From Octopus vulgaris (taxonomy: Eukaryota): DNA of 64,000 bases. The stretch covers positions 33,666,001 to 33,730,000 of the forward strand of contig OX597826.1 in assembly GCA_951406725.2 (NCBI GenBank), given 5' to 3'. The notes beneath the pieces were generated by a model that saw only the letters and a list, made by a program, of their open reading frames with translations, searched no databases and was not told the origin of the DNA. Position 1 is the first letter of the stretch, and the number at the start of each line of letters is the position of its first letter. A program made the translations under genes and the position numbers. Below, piece after piece: positions 53,026-64,000 of the stretch.

Positions 53026-54042
53026 ATTATGTATGTATGTCTGTTTGTATGTATGTGTGTATATATGTTTAGATGCTTGTATGTATATACCCCATGGATG
53101 GTGACTAAATTCCCCTGATGTTGACTTTGAAACTGGCATTTTCTCCATTGGCGAGAGATTCGAAAGATACAAGAAGAATACAAGAATGACACTCTTAAAG
53201 AGCTGCCAAAACTACCAAAGAACAAAGTCAGTGAGAATAAAAGAATTGGTAAGAAGGGGAAGGAAGAATAGAGAAACCAGACACTTAATGCAGTTACCAT
53301 TCCATCTGCCACCCACAAGTCAATACAGACACTGCTAGAGTCATCTAATACACCACATTTTAGGGGGAAAGGGGTAAATATATCAAGCCCCTTAAAGTTC
53401 TACCTATCGTTGTTTAGCCCCAGGTCAGCCCAGATCAGAGTACATCTGTGATCAGTATGCATCCAATCATGACCAGTTCAACTTCTTGTCATGTTATGTG
53501 TATCCAAGACTAGATTATGCAGTGTACTGTATTTTTTTTTTTTTGAAGTTTGTAGGGTGTTACTTATGGGAAAGTTAGCTGCAATTTCTTGTAAGCATGC
53601 CAACCACATAGAGGCTTCCTTTCTGGTTCCTATTTCTGACAGGAGAAATGTCAGCTATTTGAAATCTGAACATGGTCCTTGTTATCTCTTTCTTTTTTGT
53701 TTCTCTCTTCTCCTCTCTCCCTTCCGTGTATATACATTCATATATATTTACATAGAAAAATGCATACATACATTCATACATACATACATACATACATACA
53801 TACATACAAACATACATACATACATACATACACTCTGCAACAAGACAGATGCCAACATAACTTAGAATGTACATCATATTTACTTAGTCTTTGAGAAGAA
53901 TTTTTCACCAGAAGAGCTCAACAAGAATTCATATGAATTATTAATTATTTGGGACTACAATTTTAAGTGTATATACAGCGGAAGTATCACTGGGAAAATT
54001 CAACTTCTGCCACTTGATGTATAAGCAATACACTCATGCATA

Positions 54043-54075
<33 letters not shown>

Positions 54076-54150
54076 TGTATGTATGCATGTATGTATGTAT
54101 GTATGTATGTATCTATGTATATGTGTATGCATGTATATATGTATATACAT

Positions 54151-54196
<46 letters not shown>

Positions 54197-54288
54197 GTGT
54201 ATATATATGTGTGTGTGTTTGTGTGTGTGTATTTCTATACAAATATATGTATATACAAGTATATATATATCTATATATATATGTGTGT

Positions 54289-54324
<36 letters not shown>

Positions 54325-54475
54325 ATGTGTGTGTGTATGTACATGAGCACATACGCATACACATGTATACACACATGTATACACACATGTATACACACAT
54401 GTATACATCTGCATGTACATATGCTAATACTTACAAATGTATTTTCATGGATGTGTGTGTGTGTGTTCATGTGTA

Positions 54476-54514
<39 letters not shown>

Positions 54515-54889
54515 TATTCTAGCTATCTAATTTATAATATATATAAATTGATCAAATAAGAAAAGTGAGGTGAGAGATATTTATTCTATTAGTTACAGCT
54601 GTTTCGTAATTATGTAAGTTATATAATTGACATTATATCATTATTTACACATTTATAAAATACTCCTTTGAATACATTTGTACATCTATATATGTAAATG
54701 TGCTGTAATATATGTATGCATATATGACTGTAAGTATGTATGCATGCATGTATATACATATGTATATATGTATGTGTGCATGGCTGCAAGCATGTATATA
54801 TGCATGTATGCATATATGTATGCATATATGTATGTATTTATGTATGTACATGTGTGTGTTTGTGTGTGTGTTTACATCCCTTTTACTAT

Positions 54890-55104
54890 TTTACTCTTTT
54901 ACTTGTTTCACTCATTTGACTGCAGTCATGCCTTTTAGTTGAGCAAATTGATCCTAGGACTTCTTCTTTGTAAGCCTAGTACTTATTCTATCGGTCTCTT
55001 TGTGCTGAACCACTAAGTTACAGGGACGTAAACACACCAGCATTGGTTGTCAAGTGATGGTGGGTGGACAAACAGAGATATACAAACATATACACACACA
55101 TACA

Positions 55105-55152
<48 letters not shown>

Positions 55153-55312
55153 CATATGACAGGCTTCTTTCAGTCTACCAAATCCGCTTACAAGGCTTTG
55201 GTCAACCTGAGGCTATAGTAGAAAACACTTGCTCAAGGTGCCATGCAGTGAGACTGAACCGGGAACCATGTGGTTGTTAAGCAAGCTACTTACCATGCAG
55301 CCACTTCTGCAC
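54890..55312 (-). mobile_element. SINE family A
   Basis: Reverse complement of the full element. Confidence 0.85.
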
Positions 55313-56171
55313 CTACTGTAAATAAGACAGGACATGCTAGAAATGGGAACAATGACACTGTGTTGCCAGATTAAAATTGATGTCTTTGAGTGGTTTCGTC
55401 TCTACTAGAAATCAAATCTCACCTTTGCTCACAAACCAAGAAATCTCAATGAATTTCTAACACTCAGTGGAGTGCTCACTTTCAATGAGCCTCACATAAG
55501 CAGCGAAGAAACTCACACTCACATATCTCCTCTGTCACCCCACCAACCATACCTCACCCCCCCCCCCAGCTCATTTACTGTAATTACATTTTTTTCTATT
55601 TCCATTCAACACCTTTTAATTTAATCATTTCGTTTTTCATTTTCACATTCCCTTTCATGACCACCCCTTATGAAGAATACCAGTTTGAAACAGCATTTCT
55701 CATTCCTTTAAACAATCAAAAAAAAAAAATAATAATAATTGAGAGATTCAATGGAAAGGTCATGCATATGGATCTCTCCATTATTAGGAATAAGGCACGA
55801 AATTTGCAAAATTCTAAGAGTGGTGGCTAGAATACTGATTTGTTTTGAATCTGTATAGTCAAAGTTCAAATTTTGCTGAAGTCAAGTTTGCCTTTTCTCC
55901 TTTCATCGTTATTTTATCATCATTGTCCTTTGTCCATCCATGTTTACCATGCTTGCATGCATCAAACCAAATTTGTTGAGGCAAGATTTTCTATGACTGG
56001 ATGCTCTTCCTGTAGCCAACCTTGGCGTATTTCCACGTAAGGAGTTATTTACTTGAACTGAACTTGTTTTTATGGAAGACTGGAAATGACACTGCTTGTA
56101 TGACAGTGCTGCTCGTTTACAACTATCGCACTATGTTAATACATGGAGACACTGACAGACACATATACACT

Positions 56172-56245
<74 letters not shown>

Positions 56246-56453
56246 TACATGCACACACTTACATCAGGTTTTGCTAGCAAAATCCACTTACAAAGCTTTA
56301 GTTGGTGCAAGGCTGTAGTAGTGGAATATTAGAAAGCACTTGCCATGTGGTGGGACTGAACTCTAAACCATGTGGTGGTTGTGAAGTAAATGTCTTAACC
56401 ACACAGCCATGTCTGTCCCTATCAATACACACACATACATGCATATAATTTGA

Positions 56454-56505
<52 letters not shown>

Positions 56506-57369
56506 TATACATGGATAGAAAGAGAGAGAGAGGGAGAGAAAGAGGGAGAGATAGATATACTGACAGATAAATGAATGTTTCTATATGTATATATACATGT
56601 GAATAGTTGTGTGTATATTAAGATAAATAGGTAGAGATATGGATAGATAGAAAAATAGGAAGATGGAATAAATAGCTATAGATAGATAGATAAATAGAGA
56701 GAGAGAGAGTGAGAGGGAGAGAAAGAGAGAGAGTGAGAGAGCGGTAGATAGAATAGATATAGATAGATAGTTAGATAGATAGATAGATAGATAGATAGAT
56801 GGATAGATAGAGAGAGAGAGAGAGAGAGCTATGCACTTACATATCTGACCCCCTGTATTATACCCCCTTTGTCAATACATAATATATGTATAACACTACT
56901 CAGGAACAACACAAAATAAGAAAGAAAGAAAGAGGGAAAGAAAGAAAGAAAGAAAGAAAGAGGGAAAGGAAAAGGTGCGTTATTTATAAAATATTCTTTG
57001 CTAAACTTTGTCGATTACATAATGATATATGTTTCATCTACGATATATTTACTCTGTACCATGTAAATGTTTAAACGTCAGGGGGTACGTTCATCCCTGG
57101 ATGAGAATCACCGAGATAAAGGCCAACGTCGATTAGTGAAGGGAGCAGCTCTGATATTTAGCAGGGAGCCCCTCGCCCCCCTCCCGTCACTATTTACAAA
57201 ATAAATACTGAACTACTGTAAACATATATAAGTGGTTGGTGAATGTGTGTGTGTGTGTGTCTGTCTGATAAGTCTGGCTGTATGTGTCTGCAATACATGT
57301 AGCAATGGGTGTTTGTATATGTGTATGTATGCATGTCAGAGTATGTCTTTATATATATACAAATATGTC

Positions 57370-57443
<74 letters not shown>

Positions 57444-58452
57444 TAGCTAGATACATAGGTAGATAGATATACACATATATATGTACATATATGTATATAT
57501 GTAAATACAGAAAAACAAACACATGCAGCATATACATATGTGCCTATATACTTACGTACACATGCATACACAAAAACTTTATGTGTGTATATTAACCAGA
57601 TAAAGACTATTCTACATATATATATATATATATAAGGCAAACAATTATGTATATAATATATATATATATATATAAATATATATAAATATATATACACATA
57701 TGTATATCATATACACATATATGCATATGTATATAATAGATATATTCCTATATATACATGTGTATAGATTGCACTGCAATATTATAATGTCAACATAGCA
57801 AGTTTACTGTTAAATGTCGAACAGTGTTTTTGAGAGATTAATAATAACCAAAAGATACTAAAAGCATGAGATCTATAAGAATAATTTAAAAGCAACTAAT
57901 AATTTAGTTAGCATTGTGTGGAAATGGTATTTACTAAATGGTAGAATATAAAAAAATCATGTTGTATATCAGATATATGGTTGCGATGTTATAATACACG
58001 ATTATTACTTTCTGAGCTTATTGTGTATTAATAATAAACTAGAGTGAAATTTAAGTGGTTTATAAATGAGCTTATTCCTGCTTACAGGTATAAATTTGAT
58101 AAAGATTTCAATTATGTCTTCGTTGTTGTTCCATAGTAAATGTTCTTAAAAGTATACATATTTTATTAAGTTAAATATGTTGATTTATATCTTTCTTTGT
58201 CGTTCCATAGTTAATGATATTTAAAGTGTAACAGTGAAACACATTTAATGTAAACTATTTTGAGCGATTTATGTCTTCGATATTTTTCTACAGCATTCTT
58301 GAAAGCAAGACACTCAAGCATATTTTTGTTATGTTAAATATTTCATTTATAACACCATTGTGATATATGATATAACAGCCTTAACCATAGTTAAGGCTGT
58401 TTAGTGTGTTACAGTTAACTATATTTTATTATATTAGTTATGGAAAGATGTC

Positions 58453-58685
58453 TTTACTCTTTGGCATTCCAATTACTCTGTTAAATGTAATGCTTATTAA
58501 TTCACATTGTTTTTAATTAATCATGCATTATCTATCTCCTGACGTTGATATTTCATTAATGCGATTGTTGATTTTTTAGAATGACATTGTAGGGTTGGTG
58601 TAAGAGGCTGGATGTGGTTATTTTGGACATAAAACAGACAGAATATCTGGGGTGGACGTGGTTGGTTTAAATGTTAAAGGGTTAA
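58453..58685. mobile_element. piggyBac-like MITE
   Basis: tttactctttggcatt ... aatgttaaagggttaa imperfect TIRs with a TTAA end. Confidence 0.55.
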
Positions 58686-58897
58686 ATTTAGTTTTCCTAG
58701 CAACTCTCCATCACACAAATACCAGGACAAACAGAGAAGTAGAGCTTTTGACAACAAGAAATATATTTCAAATATCAAATTAAAACAACACACCATCAAA
58801 AACATGAATTTTGTGATGCCCGATGGTATTGTAACATTTCTATGTATATTAACATTATTTCCTGATTTGATTCTCCAATTCAACGCTGAAGGAAATA

Positions 58898-59570
58898 ATG
58901 GCACCAAATTTTGGCACAAGGCCAGCGATTTTGAGTGAAGAGGATGGATTTATCGATACCATCAACCCAATTATTGAATGGTTCTTTATTTTATCAACCC
59001 CAGAGAAATGAAAAGCAGACTTAATCAGAATTTAATGAGTTACAAGAAATACCACAAGGCATTTTGTTTGATGCTTCACTGATTCTGACAGTATACTGCT
59101 TTTGTGCTAAAGTATTTAGAGAATGGCAAATTGGTACCAAAATAGTCTGAACTCATCATCCAAGAATTCAGAACACATTACAATAGAATAACTATTATTA
59201 CAATAAAATTTTGTTCAATATTGTAAATGCAGGTATGGTTAAGAAAGGCTGTATGGTTAAGAAACTTGCTTTACAACCATGAGGTTTCAGGTTCAGTCCT
59301 ACTGTACAGCAGCTTAGGGAAGTGTCTTCTACTATAAACCTTGGACAGACTAGTGTATATTCCAAAATAGATGTATATTCTAGGCAGATGAAATACCGCG
59401 AAGTATTTCGCCCAGCATGCTAATGTTTCTGCCTGCTCACTGCCTTGTTTTATTGATATTGAAGATGAAAGGTAGGGTGGAACTTGGTGAAATTTGAACT
59501 CAGAATGTGAAGATGGATGAAATGCTGCCAATTTTTTCCAGCATGCTAACGATTCTGCCAGCTCACCACC

Positions 59571-59571
<1 letters not shown>
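58898..59571 (-). mobile_element. SINE family B cluster, with a family A head inside
   Basis: gatgaaaggtagggtggaacttggtgaaatttgaactcagaatg...gattctgccagctcaccacc. Confidence 0.7.
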
Positions 59572-59643
<72 letters not shown>

Positions 59644-59741
59644 TAACAACATCAATAATAATAATAATAACAATAATAATAATAATGATGATAATAATAA
59701 TAACAATAATAATAATAATAACAATAATAATAATAATAATA

Positions 59742-62717
59742 ACCACAGAGCTCACAATGGACCACCGACCATACCTCCCAAGAATCAAAATAAACAAAAT
59801 AACAACACCTATTATAAACAGCATAAACCTAGCCGTCACTGAACTGATAGCCACTGAATCAAAAAAAGTGATATCACTGAGCTAAATAACCTAATATACG
59901 CAGCAGCCACTGCAGCCACAAAAGAAGCTGGATACTCACCCAAACCCGCCCAAACAGGAGTACCACCACCCAAACAAACCCTGTGGATAAATAACATCCA
60001 AAGCAAAATAAAAAAAAATAGAAAAGACCTGTCGATTCTTAATGAAATCAGCAAAGAATCAACGCTACTGAGCAACAAAAAGAGAACAAAAATACTCCGC
60101 AAATATAACATCACAGAAATGGATTTGCCTGAAATAAAAGAAAAGCTGAAGCAAGATATCCTTGCCAAAGCACAAAGGATCCGCCGGTACAAGAAACGCC
60201 AACGCTTCTTTGAAGAAAACAAAAAGTTCAACTCCAACCCCAAAAAGTTCTACCAAGAACTGGGCAAAAATAAAATAGAAGTCACTGCAGCACCAACGGC
60301 AGAAGAATTGGAAGAATTCTGGGGAGAAATATGGTCGGCGAACGAACCACCAAAAAAAGGAGTATCAAAATAACAAACTCGGCATCTGAACAAATTTGGA
60401 CCCCCATAACAACTGAAGAGGTCACCCAGGCACTGCAAAGACTAAGCAACTGGAAGGCACCTGGGCATGACAAGATCCCCAACTTCTGGTTGAAATATCT
60501 AACAGGAATGCACAAAAAGCTGGCTGAAAACTTTAACAACGTACTAGCAGAGCCAGAGACAATGCCTGAATGGCTCACAAAGGGGAAAACCATCTTAATT
60601 CCCAAATCAAATGAAACAGAAAAACCAGAAAACTACAGACCAATAACCTGCCTCCCTACTATGTTCAAGGCATTTACTGCAGTGATATCACAAAGGCTGA
60701 ACAAGCACCTGGACGAAAACAAACTGTTCCCAGAAGAGCAGAAAGGATTCCGCAAAGGCTCATATGGCTGTAAAGATCAACTAATGATTAATAAAGCCAT
60801 AACTGAAGAAAGCCACAGAAAGAAGAAAGGCCTCAGTATGGCCTGGATTGACTACAAAAAGGCGTTTGATAGCATCCCCCACACATGGATCCTCGAAACA
60901 CTAGCCATTAACAAAGTAGCACCAACAATCATAACATTCATAGAGCACTCTATGAATAAATGGCAAACAGTCCTACACCTCCAAACAAAAGAGGGACTCA
61001 TGAAAACCAAAGACATCCCCATTAGAAGAGGAATATTCCAGGGAGATACGCTCTCTCCACTCCTTTTCTGCTTGGCACTGTCACCTCTATCTGATATGCT
61101 AAATAGAACTGGATGCGGATATAAATGTTACGGCAAAATGATCAGCCACCTTTTATATATGGATGACCTAAAACTATACGCTGCAAATGACAAACAGCTG
61201 GAAACACTATTAAAGACAGTTCATGGATTTACCAAAGAAATAGATATGAAATTTGGATTAGAAAAATGCGCCAAAGTAACCATGAAAAGAGGAAAACTAG
61301 TTAAGAGTAACAACATCACACTAGATGAAGCAAATGAAATAAAAGAATTAGACCAAAGCCAAACTTACAAATACTTAGGAATCCATGAACTAGATAAGAC
61401 ACAACACACACAAATGAAAGAGAAAATAAAAAAAGAATATTATAGACGAGTTAGATCAATACTAAACACAGAGCTCAATGCTAAAAACAAGATAATAGGT
61501 ATCAACACTTTAGCTGTCCCAGTTATAAGTTACAGCTACAATATCCTTAACTGGATACGAAATGAACTGACCAAAATAGACAGGAAAACAAGAAAAATAA
61601 TGACAGGATCTAGGATGCATCACCCAAAATCTGACATAGAAAGACTATATATACAACGTATAGAAGGTGGTAGAGGCCTTATACAGCTGGAAAACTACTA
61701 TAAAATAACCACCATAGGACTGCAAAAATATCTACTTCAGAAGGAAGGAAAACTGATCCAGATAGCAGCAAAACACGAGCAAAACAAAAAACTGTTCTCA
61801 GTATTTAAGGAAGCTGACAAATACAAACAAGAAATCATACCACCTAATAAACATGAAGAAGAAGAAGAAGAAGATGAAGAAACAACAAAAGCTATAAAAA
61901 AAATGAAATCCAAACTAAAAATAGAACAGCAACGAACCATGATAAAACGATGGCAAGAAAAGCCCCTTCATGGTAAATACTGGACTAAACTAAACGCAAA
62001 AGAAATAGACAAAGAAAAATCCCAGCAATGGTTGAGAAGCTCAGGACTCAAAGCAGAAACAGAGGGATTTTTAATTGCAGCACAAGACCAAAGCCTCCCC
62101 ACCAGAAATTACCAAAAACATGTAATGAAACGAAATATTACAAGTAACTGCAGAATATGTGCAGATGGACAAGAAACAATAAATCATATTATCTCTAGCT
62201 GCCCAGTCCTGGCTAAGAAGGAATATATTCACAGACATGACAGAGTTGGAACCTACATACATTGGAAGCTATGCCAACATTATGGAATAACAACAGAAAA
62301 AAGATGGTATAGGCACACACCAGAAAAGGTCACAGAAAACGAGAAAGCAACCATACTCTGGGATATGCCGATACACACAGATAGAGAAATTACGGCCAAC
62401 AGACCAGATATAGTTGTCAGAGACCATGAAGAAAAAAATGCTTTCTAATTGATGTATCAGTACCAGCAGATGACAACGTGTCTCTAAAAGAAATGGAGAA
62501 ACTCTCAAAATACAAAGACCTGGAAATAGAGGTAACTAGAATGTGGAATCTGAAAACAGAAACAATTCCTATCATAGTAGGTGCATTAGGCATGATAAAA
62601 AAATATTCAGACAAATACATAACAAAAACACCAGGACTTACAAACACATATAACATACAGAAAATTGCACTACTAGGCACTGCACACATCCTACGCAGAA
62701 CACTTTCCATACAATAA
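59742..62717 (+). CDS. RT/RLE polyprotein (~990 codons) with three frameshifts at A7 runs
   Basis: KAPGHD, YRPITCL, WIDYKKAFDS, GIFQGDTLSP, YMDDLK, CRICADGQETINHIISSC, RHD, NRPDIV/FLIDVSVP, EKLSKY, IIVGALG. Confidence 0.9.
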
Positions 62718-62817
62718 CCGTCAGAGCATCACAACAAATCACAGCACATACCCAAGGCACACAGAGCTGCGCTCGGTAGTGAAGTGAAAGCACGCTATAA
62801 AAATAAAAATAAAACTA

Positions 62818-62820
<3 letters not shown>
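59742..62820 (+). mobile_element. 5'-truncated R4/Dong-clade RLE non-LTR retrotransposon inserted in (AAT)n
   Basis: RT, CCHC and PD-(D/E)xK-type endonuclease at the C-terminus; ~100-bp 3' UTR; (AAT)n on both sides, as known for TAA-targeting Dong elements. Confidence 0.92.
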
Positions 62821-62861
<41 letters not shown>

Positions 62862-62883
62862 CAATAATAATAATAATAACAGC

Positions 62884-62919
<36 letters not shown>

Positions 62920-63021
62920 AATAACAACAACAGCAACAACAACAACAACAACAACAACAATAATAACAACAGCAACAACAACAACAACAACAACTACAAT
63001 AATAATAATAATAATTATAAC

Positions 63022-63310
63022 AATCCCTTCTATTAAAGGCACAAGGCCTGAAGTTTTGGGGAGAGGTCTAGTTGATTACGTTGATCCCAGAATTTCATTG
63101 GTACTTAATTTCTACTCTACTCTAGGCACAAGGCCTGAAATTTATTTTTTTGAGGGGTGGGTAGTCGATTAGATGGACCCCAGTACACGAGTGTTACTTA
63201 ATTTATTGACCCTGGAAGGATGAACGGCAAAGTCGACCACAACAAAATTTGAACTCAGAATGTAGCAACAGGCGAAATACCACTAAGAATTTTGTCCAGC
63301 TTGCGGCCTA
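63022..63310 (-). mobile_element. SINE family B tandem copies
   Basis: ggaaggatgaacggcaaagtcgaccacaacaaaatttgaactcagaatg; duplicated 3' ends aggcacaaggcctgaa. Confidence 0.8.
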
Positions 63311-63328
63311 AATAATAATAATAATAAT

Positions 63329-63756
63329 CCGAACGTGGTCGATGCCAGTGCTGCCCCGACTGGCTTCTGTGTCGGTGGCACATAAAAAGCACTGTCCGAA
63401 CGTGGCCGATGCCAGCGCTGCCTCGACTGGCTCCAGTGCCGGTGGCACATAAAAAGCATCATCCAAACGTGGCCGTTGCCAGCGCCGCTTTGGCTGGCTT
63501 CCGTGCTGGTGGCACGTAAAAAGCTCCAACCGATCGTGGCCGATGCCGGACCCCCCTGGCACCTGTGCAGGTGGCACGTAAAAAGCACCCACTACACTTG
63601 CAGAGTGGTTGGCATTAGGAAGGGCATCTAGCTGTAGAAACTCTGCCAGATCAGACTGGAGCCTGGTGCAGCCCCTGGCTTCCCAGACCCCGGTCGAACC
63701 GTCCAACCCATGCTAGCACGGAAAACGGATGTTAAACGATGATGATGATGATGATG
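63329..63756 (+). mobile_element. RTE-type 3' UTR with four 67-bp tandem units and (GAT)n tail
   Basis: Units start at 63329, 63396, 63463 and 63530 (ccgaacgtggccgatgccag...ggtggcacgtaaaaagca); tail shared with 50300-50550. Confidence 0.75.
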
Positions 63757-64000
63757 AATAACAACAATAATAATAATAATTAACACAGGTTCACATACAA
63801 AACATAAGAGACATGCAACAACATAAAAGGCAAAGACAGGATAATACATTGGGTTTTACTGCGTGTATACAATATAATAACAATAAAAATTAAACAAATG
63901 AAAACTCCCAATAGGCACTTTAATAATAATAATAATAATAATGATGAGGAGGAGGAAGAGAAGGATGATAATGATGATGATGATGATGATTCTGCCTTCT

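Noticed and set aside
53105-53250. Purine-rich open frames resembling an exon
   Set aside because: No acceptor site and no recognisable motif; stops flank every frame.
63329-63590. CRISPR-like repeat
   Set aside because: Whole 67-bp units are homologous with no variable spacers, and they run into a retroelement tail.

Overview
AT-rich, microsatellite-saturated metazoan DNA. The SINE/LINE repertoire points to an octopus (inference). I cannot confidently identify a host gene, and most ORFs in the track are microsatellite read-throughs. Recognisable coding sequence is all transposon-derived: a young, 5'-truncated R4/Dong-clade RLE retrotransposon inside (AAT)n (59742-62820); a young Penelope-like element (PLE) with Naiad-type GIY-YIG features and a perfect 264-bp inverted pseudo-LTR (24925-26637); and decayed PLE, RTE, RLE and Tc1 fragments. 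The main signal is a set of non-coding elements carrying type-I hammerhead ribozyme (HHR) motifs. These include a ~10-copy 560-bp tandem array with one HHR per unit and a 5' inversion directly beside the PLE (26832-32946); a 357-bp HHR monomer with terminal redundancy and a 15-bp TSD (8129-8555); a tRNA-headed SINE ending in an HHR; and about six further HHR families, several with PLE-style 5' inversions. Together they look like a retrozyme-like, PLE-dependent system. Folds were read by eye, ribozyme activity is untested, and SINE boundaries are approximate.
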